This document shows positions 38,864 to 52,440 of a stretch of DNA of 64,000 nt, in pieces. The position numbers and the translations under genes were made by a program. The notes beneath the pieces are model-generated. The model did not search any database. It had not been told where the DNA came from and worked only from the letters and a program-made list of their open reading frames with translations. Numbering within the stretch: the first letter of the stretch is position 1; every line of letters starts with the position of its first letter. Location: contig MU058423.1 in assembly GCA_013265495.1 (NCBI GenBank), forward strand, positions 9,595,627 to 9,659,626, given 5' to 3'. Source of the stretch: Vicugna vicugna (Eukaryota).

Positions 38864-41319
38864 AACATCTCAGTACGTTTGGAGATAAAAACAAATGAAG
38901 AGAAACAGGATATGCATGTGAAACCTTTATAAGCTGCACTGCCCTATTCAGCATGCTTTATGGCATTGCTACGGTGATTCACATAGAGAGCTGCTGCTTT
39001 GCAAGCCTTGATTTTTCCCTGTTGTGGCCCTCAGCTGTCTGGATATGGCAGGGTTGCTGGGGCTGGCAAAAAAAGCTCATTTTTCTGCAGAATGTGAATC
39101 CACACAAAGGTATTTATCCCAAACAGCTACTTCCTCTTTTTACAAAGGACTGATTTGGAATTCAGTTTGGTTGCGATGCCACAGGTGTTTCAGAGTTTGA
39201 GGGCAGCTTCCTAGTGGGGGTTGGTTAGATGAACTCTCTGTATTACCTGCTGGGGTGAGCGTTGGCCAGGCTGGGTAAACTCGTTCACCCAGGAAATGGC
39301 CTTGCATTTGAAAAGATGTGAAGCACAAATGCGTTGTCACTTGAATTTGCCCGTTTTCCTTCTTTCTTCTATGCTCTTTGCCATGAGCCTCCACAATGTG
39401 GTACTTCATAAGGAGGGAGGAATGCCAGCATCTGCCAAGACAGTAAGATACAGATCCTGCTTCTTCAGTGGACTAGATTAACATATTAAACAGCCTGTTC
39501 GGCTAAGATGTTTCCAGCTAAAATTAGTGTTTCCTTTCTCATTATCCTACTTGTGATTTCATGAGGTCACTTTTCTCCTGGCCGTGCTTCCTCCGTCTTC
39601 CTTTGCCCCAGTCGTCTACACACTGATGATAGACGGATCTCTTGTAAATGAGAATCTCAGTGTAACACCCCGCTGCCTAAAACTGGTGCAAACTAAACTC
39701 GTCCTTCGATATTCAGGCAATGCTTCCCTCGCCAAGAGATGACCACCTTCTCGTCCACTGAACCCTGCAGGTGCCTCCCACGTGGTCTCTGCCCGCAGTA
39801 TGGCCAGTTCTTTGTTTACCACCTGTTGCTTTTTGAGTTCAGGGGCTATGCCTTTTGCACTATTTCAGTATCAGAATTTCATGTATGGCTGTCTCACCGT
39901 ATGTGCAAAGAAAACATTAGCTGAATATATTGAATTAATTAATTAAATATTCAATGAATCATTAATATTAAATGAATGATCGCGATGGTGAAACTTCTAC
40001 AGAAGGTGAAATTGGAGGAGTCAGAGAGTCAGCATATCTATGTGCCATTCATGGCGCCGGATAGAGGACAATGAAAATCGCTGGGATTTCCTTAAAATGA
40101 CATGAAACTAGCAGCTTTGAATACAGACTTCCCCTGCTTATAGACAGTTCTTGGTGTTTATTTGAGTTCATGACATACCTCAGGGGTCATAAGCCTGCAA
40201 GTGTGTGCAGAATGCTTTACGGTGGTAAAGACAATGAGGACAGGATGCTACGTAGTCCCTGTTTACCCTGGAGCTTTATGAAAAGATCATCCTATTTTAT
40301 GAGTAATGCTTAAGACTTTTTTAAAAATTCATTTTCCTTAAGATAGCACAAATGCTTCAAACTGCCTTTCCTCTGAGGCTTTTAAGAAGTAGTAAAAACT
40401 CCAGATAAACCAAAATTATTCAATAGTATTTTATAGACCTTTCTGAATTGCCTTTTCCTTTTTCTTCCTCTAGAGGAGTGTCTAGGAGAACATTTTTCAT
40501 TCTTTTCTACGCAAATTTTGCTCCATTTGAATAATAGAGAAAATGGTAGGGAGTAATCTGAAACTTTAATGTAAATGGGAGGTAGAATTTCCAAATTAAT
40601 CATCTTAAAAGTTAATTTCAACTATTCAACTAAAACAATTGTATTATTGTATCAGTAGGATATATCACATCTATACAGTCATATAGAAAGATATGAAAAG
40701 AGACTGGAAGATTGTATAATAGCCATTCAAAAGGTAACTGGTAAAAAAGAGTGCCTTATAGCCCAATTATTCTTAAATGATACAACTGTATCTGGGTAAT
40801 ATTTTATATTGGATAATAGCTATGTTAGGCCTTAAATTACCCCAACATTCCTGAAATGACAGCAAGAAACATGATGTTTGATGATTATCTAAACGTGATG
40901 GTACCTAAATTTGAAAGTTTCCTTTAACCATAATTTGAATAATTCCTCTCTAATTTAGAGAAAATATTTCATGTCTTGTTAGTGCCCCTGCATCCTTCAG
41001 CCAACTTTTTAGAACAAAGCAATTCAAACTATTTATAACTTGAAATTGACATGGACACTAAAGAGAAGTTTTGATCTTAAGGCAACGGAGGTGACTGAGC
41101 AGAAAGAGACATGGGATCTGAATGCATCCCCAAAGGGCCATCAATGAAGCCAACAGAATGAAACCAAAATAATAGAAGTCATTTTACACCAGATACTTAA
41201 AGACATGTTTCTTGTTTCTGAGAAACATGCAAAATCATCAATATGCTAGTTTTGCATCCCAAGAAATTTCCCAAAAAGTCATGGCTCATTATTTCTCTCC
41301 TTTTAGATAAAGACTCACA

Positions 41320-42230
41320 CTTACAGCTTGCTCACTTGACCTCTCTTCTATGTCTGATTCTTAACACCAAAAACTAACAATTTAACTCCCAAAGTGATTT
41401 TCTTCAGTTCCTTCATCTTAGAAGGGAAATCATCCACTCGATTTTTGGCCAAAAATCTATGAGTCAGCCTTGATAATTCCTGGTTTCTTACCTCCACATT
41501 CAATCCAGCACCTAAAAACCTCCTGAACGTCTCTTAAATATTTTCTCCTTCTGCTACCACCGCCACTTTAGGACCAGCTCCACGATCTGTTGCCCAGGAG
41601 AAGGTACTAATTAATACAATGGGCTTCTTAATGGTTGTCTGCTTTATCTTTGGACTCTCCAGCTCCTTGTGCATGCTGCAGCCAGAGCCCTCTTTCTGAA
41701 ATGCAAGTCGGATTATGCCATTCTACTTCTTAAAAACCTCTAGTGTTTTTTAATTACCTTAAGGTTTAATCATAAAGTTAAACATAGATTACAAGGCCCT
41801 GAGTGGTCTGGCACATCTCCCTTTCTAACAGTCCCTCATCCCACTCTCACTTCTGTAGTGTCATTGACTCTCTTTCAACCCCTCACACTTACCCGGCGCT
41901 CTCCCTCCCACACTGGACCTTTACACTCGGTCTCCACTTGTCTAAAAAACTCCTGTCTCCTTGTCATGTGATGAACGTTTATTCTTCCTTCAAATTTCAG
42001 CTTAGCTGCCTGTGACCATGACCTCTTACTTACTCTCATTGCACCATATGACTCTCCTTTATGGCACTAACCATAATTATAATTTTAAATTTGTTTAATT
42101 GCTAAACAGTCTCCTTCATTGGCCTCTAAACTCTTTGAGGACATGACACATCTGGGTTTGTTCACTCATGCGTCTCCAGAGCCTAGCCCAGTATTCAGCA
42201 TTTCTGATTGTCATTGTCTAATGAATGATA
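41320..42230 (+). mobile_element. L2 3' portion
   Basis: 'gctgcagccagagccctctttctgaaatgcaagtcggattatgcca...tctccagagcctagcccagta...aatgaatga'. Confidence 0.8.
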
Positions 42231-42574
42231 ATGGTCATATGAGCCTGTATTGATACTGGAGGAAATCACTTTTTGAGTAATGACAAATATTCAAAGAAAG
42301 ACAAGTAGATTTTAACATAAAGTGCGCTAAATATAGCTGTCTTAAGGATGACTATGGGTCATCTATGCAGGCATGCATATATATATATACTGCTTGCATT
42401 CTTAAAAACCAGTCAGCAGACCTTACGCACTTGGGTCACTTGGCTTATGTCAAGACGTGTGAGGCTTGAAATATGTTCCCATCTACCACAAAGTGTTAGT
42501 TTCTCAGAACTGAAAGATATTTCTCAGAATATTAGTTTCTGGGAGCAGTGGAGTCATTAAAGGGAGTCAGTCTT

Positions 42575-42760
42575 GCATGGGCTTGAGATTTAGAATCAGA
42601 TCTGTTTGGTTTGAATCCTAGCTCTGCTCTTTATTACCTGTGTGAATTTGGGCAAATGACTTCATCTCTCTGAGCATGAGTTATGTCATCTGTAAAATGG
42701 GTTTTATGATACCTACCTCATGAAATTATTTTTGGGGTTATGAATTTAACATACATAATT
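42575..42760 (+). mobile_element. MIR
   Basis: 'ggtttgaatcctagctctgc...tgtgtgaatttgggcaaatgacttcatctctctgagc...tcatctgtaaaatggg'. Confidence 0.9.
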
Positions 42761-44329
42761 AGAACTTTTCCTATTTAATATGTACTAAATAAAAGATCTT
42801 CATTATTCTTGCTACCTGTACGCTCCTCCCAGATACTGCACATAGTTTGAAAGACATACCAGTTACATCCTCATCCCTTCTGCATGTTCCATTTGAATGG
42901 AGGACAGGCTTTAAAACTAAACTTTAACTGATGGGAGCTAGAGAAAAAGGACAGAAGGAGGACAGATATGCCAGTCAATCACCATGGGACACCCAGGTTA
43001 ATGCCTGATAAATGAGCAGAAAGAAAAAGTTAGCATCATTCACCTTTGATGTGTAGTTACTTGATCCCTGTTTGCTTTTAATTTGCTTAAGTTAGTTATA
43101 AAATATCTTCTTTGTGAGTAATTAGTTGTGCTTATCTGCTTCTTGGAGGGTAGGTGTTGGAGGAGGTCATCAAAAGGATGTGACCGTTGGTCAGTCTGTG
43201 AGCTGGACCTGAACGATCAGAGGTTCCTCATCCCCTTCCCTGTCCTTGGAATGTATGTTCTGCCCCCCCGCCCCATTCCCACAGTGGGAGCCAGACTTGA
43301 GGATGCAACCCTGAGAGAGTGATGTGTTGTTGAGATCATCTAAACTCAGTAGTGACGGAACCTAGTTAAGGTTTCTACACACCCGTCTAAGATTCTGGAG
43401 GGCAGTGCAGAGGTATTCTCATCTCGTGACCACCCAAGACAAGCCTCTTAAGTAAGTCTTCCGGCTTATTAGACCCGCAACCTGCCAGTCTGGAGTGATC
43501 GACACCTTTCCTCTGTCTTTTCTTGCCCTCTGTGTATGAGGCCAGTTTCAGATTTCATCTGGGAAGCTCCCAAGTTTTCAAAACAACAGAAGGATGTCTT
43601 CATGTTTTGTGCCACAATTCCCTTCAGTGTGCTCTGCTAACTGTACCTAGTTCAGAAGGAAAATTAAGTGGGTATTGCAAACATAGCAGTCAAGTTAACT
43701 CATACTTAGTTTAAAACCGTCGTATATGGCTATATGAGGCTGTTCTTCGGTGGTGAAGAGACTGAGATATTCTTAAGGTTCCTAATTTTCTTAACAAATC
43801 ATAAAGCTAAAAATAATGTAAGCAATCAATTGGCTGCCCTTACCTTTAGAGAAGGCTGTGCCTAGCCCACCTCAGCAGAAAGTTCGTCTGGCTCATTGCT
43901 TCCAAAATATTGTTTGTCAAAGGCAGTCCAGTGAGCTTCACCCTTCTTGTATTCCTTTTCAAGGAATAACCATTGTCTTTTGATGCCTGTTTTTAGCAAG
44001 TGACTGTGAAATGTTATAGATGAATTTCTTGGTGGAAATATAAAACTAATTCACCACTCAAAAGTATTGTGAGAATTACATGCACTTCTGTCCTCAGAAG
44101 AGCGATAAAGATGAAGTGAGCAGATGATAAAGGCATTACCCTTTCACCTCATGTCGCCCATCACACCGTTTTATTATTGTGCATAAAGAGTAGGTATAAT
44201 TTTCATATCCAGATGAGACACATACACACTTTAAAGATATGTCAGTGGGCTGTAAAAATCCCTCTTCACAGGCATTAATTTCTACAAGTTCATCCTTGAT
44301 TAATATACAATAATAATAATTTATATGGT

Positions 44330-44560
44330 TAACAATGATTTGGTGCTTACTATGTGCCAGATACTATGATAATTACATACATGCCAAATTCTCATAACAT
44401 TTTGTGAAGACAGGTATTTATCAGCTGTGTTTCCCAGATGAGGAAGGTGAAACTTGGAGAAGTTAGGTAACTTTCTCAAGATTTCTGCAGCTTAGTTGGT
44501 AACCAATGTATGTTTTGAGTTCAGGCTGACTTGATTCTGAAGCCTTTGATGTTGGTAACT
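44330..44560 (-). mobile_element. MIR
   Basis: 'tgcttactatgtgccagatact...cagatgaggaaggtgaaacttggagaagttaggtaactt'. Confidence 0.85.
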
Positions 44561-44869
44561 AGTCAGAAATCAGCAGAAGAAAGTTGACGTGGGGGCCAAT
44601 ATATGATTGTTTTTATGTAATACTATTCTTTTATGTGTTTCTGGGAGCATTTGATTAACATAAGCAACATGGGTTTACTAAGCTATTTACCTCCGTGTCT
44701 TCTTTGCAAGCTTGTGGATGTGACCCTCTCTGCGGGTGAGTGCCACCGGGAGTGAACGACAGCCTCGGAGATTACGTAAGCACTTAGTGCCATGGAGCCA
44801 ATAAGAGGGCCTAGACTAAGAGCAACTGGGATGTGTGAAAACGGATGCTGCTACAAAAATTAAACCAAT

Positions 44870-45280
44870 CAGACACTTATTAATTCAACAAAGCAGTAAA
44901 AAACAAACAACTATTATAGCCCAAATGATTTTAGGTTTAAAAAACATACCAAAAAAAAAACCCAGCATAAATTCTCTGTTCTTTACAAGCTGACATTTTA
45001 GTGTGTATGGCAGGAGAGGAATTGATAGGTGTTGTAATTAATAATTGCAATAATAAGGTGCAGTCCACAGTAGAGGCATGGAAGAAAGTATAGAAGGGAG
45101 TGTTTAACTGGTTAGAGTTTAAAAAGTGATTTTAGAGAAAGTTATCATTGAGTGTGAGATGGAGTCCTTCAGGTGATGTGGAGACGTGACAAGATGGGCA
45201 TTCCAGAAAGAAGAAACGGTGTGTGCAAAGGCATCGGGAGACTAAGTAGTTTGGCGCAGCTGAAATGTTAAGGGTCCTGA
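44870..45280 (-). mobile_element. L2 fragment
   Basis: 'gggcattccagaaagaagaaacggtgtgtgcaaaggcatcggga'. Confidence 0.65.
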
Positions 45281-45329
45281 GAGCCACGCGGGCACATCTT
45301 GGACTGTTCTCGCCAAAACCATGCCATAA

Positions 45330-45764
45330 TTTGCTTCTCTCTCACTCTCTTTCTCTCTGTCTCTGTTTCTCACTTTCTCTATCAGTTTACTTTGTGGAAT
45401 TGGCTCAAGTGACTGTGGCATTGTGGGCGCTGGCGAGTCTGAACTCTGTGAGGCAGGTCAGCAGCAGCCTAGAAATTCAGGTAAGAGCTGATGCTGCAGT
45501 ATTGATCTGAAATCTGCAGCGGGAGCTCTGTGTTGTGCTCTTGATGCCAAACTGCTTCTTCCTTGGGAAACCTCAGTCCTTGCTCTGATGGCCTTCATCT
45601 GATTGAATGAGGCTCACCCACATCTTGGAGAGACTTTTACTCAAAGTCTATTGGTGATAAACCGTCACGTCTAAAAACTGTCTTCACAGCAACATCTAAA
45701 GTGGTGTTTGACCAAACACTGGGCACCACAGCCTAACCAAGCTGACACAACAAATTAACCATCA
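45330..45764 (-). mobile_element. MLT2 (ERV-L) LTR
   Basis: 'ggaattggctcaagtgactgtgg...gattgaatgaggctcacccacat...cctaaccaagctgacacaacaaattaaccatca'. Confidence 0.85.
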
Positions 45765-46659
45765 TGCCCACTAGAGAAAACCAGCTTCCTCCTCCTTTTT
45801 TCATACTAATACTGAGCCCAGGTCATAGATCACTTCCTTGCAGCTCAGAAGGAAGGGACTCCAAGATATATAATCCTCGGCCTTCCAGTCTTCAAAGAAC
45901 CAGGAAGGCAAACTATATGTGAGTTGGAATGGGTATTAAGTGAGTCAACTAAGCATTGTTTTGGTTGCTCAGCAACCTCTCAAACTCTTCCCACACTTAA
46001 ACTTTCAAACAAGAACAAGAACATAAAAGCAAGAACAATGCGCTTAATATAATTCAACTATCCTTTGTGCAAATAGAAGCTCACTTATTCTCTCCTTAAA
46101 GGGGAAGCCCCAAATCTCATCTGTTTCTGCGTCCATTTCTGAGTAATGTTCATTTCTACACTAGTGTAGTTACAGTTACATCTTGATATTTTGTAAACCA
46201 TAGACTAAATTATGACATTACCAGAAAATAATTCATCCTATATAATTTCCTATATAAATTAGCAAGAGAAAGGTATATAGGAAAAATAAAATCAACTTCT
46301 CTCTTTCTGCCTCTGTCTCTGTCTCTCTCCTGGAAGAAAATTGGGTTGCCTACCTGTAGTCCTCATTTCTGCTACTTTTTATGAGGCTTTAGTTAATATT
46401 TGTAACTGGTCAAAATCTGTAGTTATTTTTTGTGACACCCTTCATCACTAGCCATTCTTAGTTTACATGAATTTCTGGCCTTTTTTCCCTCATGTAATCA
46501 TTTTAATCTATAAAGTCTTTTTCATACCACTTTTTTCAACCAAATGAATTTTGATATGCAACATTTTCATTATTATTTATCCCAAAGTATTTTTTTAAAT
46601 TCCTATGACCATGTTTTTTCACTAATGAGATGTTTTGAAGTGATTTTTAAAAATTCTTC

Positions 46660-47913
46660 AGGATCTTGGTAATGACTTTTTTGGATATGACACCTAAAGC
46701 ACAAACAAAAATATTAAAAATAAGCCAGTGAGACTACATCAAATTAAAACGCTTCTACTAAGCAAAATAAACCATCAACCAAGTGAAAAGACAATCTATG
46801 GAATGGGAAATACATTTGCACATCGTATGTCGGGTAAGGGGTTACTATTCAAAATATGTAAAGAATTCATAAAACTCAACAGCAAATAAGTAAGTAAATA
46901 ACCCAACTGAAGAAAGGGCAAAAGACCTAAATAGACATTTCTCCAAAGAAGATATATGGAAGCCATCAGGCACATGAAAAGATGCTCAACATCACTAATC
47001 ATTAGGGAAATGGAAATTCAAACCACAATGAGATAGCACCCCATGCCTATTAGAATGACTATCATGAAAACAACAGAAGATAACAAATACTGATGTGAAT
47101 GAACCCTTGTGCACTGTTGGTGAGATTGTAAATTGGTGCAGCCACTATGAAAAATTGTACAGAGAACCCTCACAAAATTAAAAATAGAGCTACCATATGA
47201 TCCTTTAATTCCACTTCTGGACATATATCCAGAGGAAGCAAAAACTCTTAACTTGAAAAGTTGTCTGCACTCCCAGGTTCATAGTAGCATTATTTTCAGG
47301 AGTGAAGACATGGAAACAACCTATGTGTCCATCGATGGATAAGCAGATAAGGAAGTTGTGGTATATATATAATGGAATACTATTCAGCCATAAAAAGAGG
47401 AAATTCTACCATTTGCAACAACATGTGGACCTTGAAGACATTATGCTAAGTGAAATAAGTCAGACAGAGAAGGTTAAATATTATGTGATCTCACTTTTAT
47501 GTGGAATCTAAAAAACAAACTCATAGAGAAAGAGATTAGGCTTGTGGTTACTAGAAGCAGGGGGTGGGGAGGGGGGAATTGAGGACAGGTGCTCCATCAG
47601 TGAGAAATTTTCAGTTACAAGATAATAAGTATGGGGGCTATAATGTACAACATGATAACAATAGCTAACATAGCTGTATAATATGTAGAAAAGTTTTAAG
47701 GAAGTAAATCGTAAGAGTTCTCATGGCAAGGAGAAATTGTTTTTCCTTTTTTTTCTTTCTTTTCTTTTTATTGTATCTATGTGAGAAGATGGAAGTTACC
47801 TGAACCTGCTGTGATAATCATTTCACAATACGTGTAAATCAAACCATCATGCTGTGTGCCTTAAACTCACACAGTGATGTATGTCAATTATTTCTCAGTA
47901 AAGCTGGAAAAAA
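46660..47913 (+). mobile_element. L1 (L1MA9-like) ORF2 3' end plus complete 3' UTR
   Basis: 'ggatatgacacctaaagcaca...aaaagatgctcaacatcactaatcattaggg...atgtcaattatttctcagtaaagctggaaaaaa'; lies within older reverse L1M sequence (about 46440-46660 and 48040-48400). Confidence 0.93.
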
Positions 47914-49525
47914 CTGCATATAATTAATGTATACAATTTGGTGAATTTGGACAAGTGTATATGCATGTGTTACCATTACCAAATTAAATTCAACCATCAC
48001 CTCCCCAGAGAATTCTTCAGGTATATGGGGATTTTCATTGACCTTTTGAAACTGATCGATTGCATGTGGTTAAAGAATATGGTTGATGGTATATATTTGA
48101 ATTTTTTATATTATATTATATCGTATCATGCCATATCATATCAGATCACATCATGTTATAGATTATATCTGGTAACTGAGACAAACATGTTGAAAATTCT
48201 ATGACTGTGGATTTGTCAGATTTCCCTATAGCTCACCCAACTTTTGATTGACCTATTTTGGAGTTATCTATGTTTGAATTGCTCTATCTTCTTAGTAAGT
48301 TGAAACTTTCATCATTATGCAGTGCTCCTCTGTATTTATCTTGGTGGTCTTCTGATAGTCTGCCTTCCTAACACCATTTCTACATTCTTATGTAGAAAGA
48401 AGACTCTTTCTTTCTTGAGGGAATCCATTCTTTGTGATTCATCCTGTCCCACTATTCTCAGGACCGACTTGCACTTTCTTCCTAGATTCTTTTTAAAACT
48501 CTCTGTACTTTTCACTATTTAGATTAGCTTTAGTGTGCTTCTTGCTGTTTGCAATGCAGTCATTTCTCTGTGGGTGTTATTTTAGTCTTTAATTGGTTCT
48601 CTTAGTTCTACAGTCTTACTAATTCTTTTGTACTTTCATCTTGTTTTTGAAGTCTCCTGTCACTGAATTTGTGTTGTTGTTGTTGTCGTTTTAAAAATAT
48701 TCTTCTATTGTATAAGGCACTTGTAGAGAAAGTTCTTTTTCTTTGGCTATAATTGCTTCCACATAAGGCACTACATTCATCCTTTAAATAATATGTTTCT
48801 TTATTTCTACTTTTTCTTTTGTGTGTGTTGACATTTTTGGAATTGAGGCTTTGCCATTTCTCTTTTCTTTTATTTATAACAAATCGTCTTATTAAGATAT
48901 TCCTTTAGGTTTGATATAAAGTGGATATTTGTCCCTCTTTCCACAGTCGTCTGTGCCGGTTTTGTTGGGCTAATATTCACTTCCTCTGGCAGAAAGCGTC
49001 AAGCTTCCTATCTTTTCTGACGCCGAGGGTAGCCCTGAACCTTAGCTTCTGCAGAGAGAGTCAGGACCAGGTCTATATTTTCACTCTTATTTCATCATCT
49101 CTCCCATAAATCTGTTTCACTCCCCTACAATTCAGAGAAGAGGAGACACTAAGTAAGTGACTTCCGTATGTCTGACTCCTAGAGTTACCGGGCCGAGGGG
49201 TGGAGCAGGGAGACACCTTCCTTGGAGGTCTGTGCACACCAGTGTCCCACTCCTCGTAATCCGCCGCTCACCTCCCAGAATTTAACTTCCTGTTAAGATT
49301 TTCTCATATTTATTTCTTCTTTTGCTTTGCTAATTACCTTTTGTCTTGAGCTTTCTCCCATTTAATAAGGTCAGTATGGCAGCCCCTGACAGATTTTTTT
49401 GTGCCTTATTAAGGGAAAACTTAATAAAGTTATGTTATAAATAAGAAGTATGAGAAAAGTTCTTGAGGGTTGCTTTGATCATTTGTCTGAGTTTCTCACA
49501 TACCTTTTCAATTGTTTTTCTACAG

Positions 49526-49611
49526 ATTGGTTGGTGGTGTGTTTGGAATGCATTTTTTTTAAAGAGTAGAGCCTACTTATATCTTCTTTATAATTTTGCC
49601 TCTGAGAGGAG
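49526..49611 (+). other. Candidate non-coding exon (86 nt)
   Basis: Acceptor 'ccttttcaattgtttttctacag|A', donor 'GAG|gtaagg'. Confidence 0.22.
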
Positions 49612-50710
49612 GTAAGGCTAGGAGCCTGCTGAGTCGTGTCGACTTTTGGCTGTACTGAATTGGCACACCTTTCTTCAAACGTTTGGAGCTATGTCAGCTT
49701 CCTCGTTGCAGGGTTTGTTGTTGCTGTGTCCCTAAGATGTAAGAGAAATGGAAACATTAATATTCAGCCTCACCGTTCTTCTTATCCATGATTTTTAAAC
49801 ATGGGATGGCTTTGATATTTATCCCAATTAAAAAAAACTAGCAGTCTGGCTCAGCAAGTGCCATTTATCGAAAGTAAGCAAGTCGCAACTCCATCCAGTA
49901 GCACAGGAGAGGAGGAGAGCCTGAGGGTGATGGCGTGTGGCTGTGCCTCCCCACAGCACTAGGATGCTGTTGGGAACAAACTGTATGTCGAAGGAAAAAG
50001 ACAATTTATTAACATTCAACATTAACCTTTGCCTAAGGAGAAATGCACATAGATAGATCATGTCATTTCAACGAGCAACTTGGGAACTAGAAGAAAAAAT
50101 AGTTACCAGCATATCAGGAAAAAATGTAACCGGAGGATTCTAAACAACATCTACTAAGCATGACTATAGAGAGATTCAGGCACCCCCGGGGACAGTAAAG
50201 TTCTCATCAAATTATACACACTGAAACTCAGAGAAGTAAAGCTTACATGAAATCTTGAGAGGGTTCTAAACAGAAAAGCTAGCATTGATTTTTCCCAAGG
50301 TGTTAGACTCATTGTCCATAAATTACTGTTCCACTTGTGAGTAATCTATATGTTGTCTTTATTCATGTGTGTACTATATTTCTCTTTTCTAAACCAGTGG
50401 TACAGCTTTACAAGAGTCCACTCACTCTATTTAAATTGAGAAATGAAAACAAGTGAAAAAGACAAGTTGCAGGTCAAAAAATATGAAATAAATAGGTTTA
50501 AGGAATTCATTAAGGTCTCAGGTCTAAATACAATCACTTCTTCATATTCCAAAAGAAAAGTCTTTAAAAATAGGATAAATGTGGGAAAATTCATATAGAT
50601 AACAATTTTGCAGTAAAGGGAAGTGAGTTAAAATAACTAGGAAAGGGTTTCTCGTGTTAGGTGAAGTAAGTCAGTAAGAGAAAGACAAATACTATATGAT
50701 GTCACTTTTA

Positions 50711-51235
50711 TGTATTTTAGGGAATCCAAACCCAAACTCGTTCTGCTTGCCACACGACAGGCTGATAAATTGGGGTACAAGGTGCTGGGGCAAGGAATAA
50801 CAACTTTATTTGGAAAGCCGGCAGACCGAGAAGGTGGCAGACTAACGTCCTGGAGAACTATCTTCCCCAAGTCAGAATTCAAGCTCCTTATCTAATACTA
50901 AAAATGAGAGGGTGTGTGATTGTTGCAAACTTCTTGGTGTCGGAATCCTTTGTTCTTGCAGGTGTCCATGTGGGTCAGGTCATGGTGTCCCTGTGAACCT
51001 CCAAAACAAATGTTATTTTCTAGTCTGTAACTTTTTATCTTTATATGAATCGAAAAATGTTATACACTTAAAGGTCACAGCCTTGAGATTGAGCTCTCCT
51101 GTATATTTCAGTCTATAGGCGACATTCTTTTACAAAAGGTGCCGAACCATCACTACGAAGCCCAGGAAACAGAGCACAGGGTTAAAGCCAGAGGAACAGA
51201 TCTAATATGGACTCAGTTTGTTCTTTTCTGTTACA
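50711..51235 (-). mobile_element. ERV1-type 3' LTR
   Basis: On the minus strand it begins TGTAACAG at 51235 directly after the polypurine-tract-like 'gacagtggggaat'; AATAAA at about 50806-50811; left boundary approximate and abuts an L1 sliver (about 50655-50712). Confidence 0.78.
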
Positions 51236-51575
51236 ATTCCCCACTGTCGATGTCCGTTCCACAATCTGGTGGGAAAAGGGGCGATGACAATTCTGGCTAC
51301 TTCCTGCTGAACAGGAGCGATGAGGGGGTGACCATGGAATGGAACTGATCAGCCTTGGACAGGGAGGATTCCTTAGAATCTTCAGTCAGTGGTACAGTCC
51401 TCTTTCCTTCTGCATCTACAACTACTCGAACGTGATGAAACCTCTTGGTATTTTGTTGAATTTGGAATCTGGGGGTTCAGTTCCCAATACAGATCTATTA
51501 ATTTTACTTTTGAGGCTATGCCATAATTACTCTGTGCTCTTTACTTGGAAAAGATTAAACAAATAGGTTGCCCTT
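51236..51575 (-). mobile_element. ERV1 internal 3' remnant (env end and PPT)
   Basis: Minus-strand 'cagcaggaagtagccagaattgtcatcgcccc' is typical of the class I ERV env/PPT region and precedes the LTR. Confidence 0.6.
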
Positions 51576-51849
51576 TTTCCAGCTACTATGAAATTATAAT
51601 CTCAATACTTACCTTTTTTTAAAAGAGTAACCTTAAGTCGTCTAAGGGTTCACAAACCATTGTTCCCTAGGCCTCTCAGGAGTTGGGTCATTTTCTGATT
51701 CTGATGATGGTGGTGCTGCTTTAATCCTCATGGGATGAATCCATGGCTTTACCTCAGCTAATTTGACAGATGAGTGCATGGTAAGTCCATCTCGTCCATC
51801 TTGCAGTCAGCTAATGTTCAGGCCCCTGGTCTCTCCAGGTTTTAATTCT

Positions 51850-52440
51850 TAGTTTTGGAGTACCCTATGATTTGGAATTTTTTTTTCTTCTTTCTATCTT
51901 CATTTCCTAGTTGATCACATCCAGACACCCATCTCTGAATACCATCCATCTGCCAACCCTTCCCATCTCTGTATCTCCAGATAGTCCCCTTCTCTGAGTT
52001 CCTGACTCATCTATTTAACTTCTCACTCCATATTACACACTTATTTCAAAAACAGAATCCTTGATTCTCTTCCCCCAAATTGCTTAGTCTTTCCATCTTT
52101 GTAAATGTCACTTCTCTTCCCCCATTTGCTCAAGTCTCTCCTACATTTCTTTCAATCCATCAGCAAGTCCTGTTGGCCCTACCTTCACACTATATCCCGA
52201 ATCCTACCAGGATGACTATCATACTTCAAGCCATTATCATTTCTTTCCTGGACTGACTGTGGGAATAGGTTCCCAACTCAATCCTCTGCTTCGACTTTGT
52301 TACCCTGATGTCTTCTCCGCGTGGGATCCAGGGTGATAGATCTAACATGGAAATCACACCTTATCACTGCGGAATCTTCAGTGGCTGCAGCACTTTCTGG
52401 TACATAGTTGGCACTCAATAAATATTTGTTGAATGACTGA
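51850..52440 (+). mobile_element. L2 3' portion
   Basis: 'caatccatcagcaagtcctgttggccctacc...ggtacatagttggcactcaataaatatttgttgaatgactga'. Confidence 0.85.

Noticed and set aside
45765..46200. MaLR/ERVL internal sequence adjoining MLT2
   Set aside because: Only a vague resemblance and no clear PPT; cannot be supported without alignment
48110..48170. Degenerate (ATATC)n and (ATCTAT)n (about 17560-17630) periodic tracts as functional arrays
   Set aside because: Ordinary decayed microsatellites within old L1 sequence
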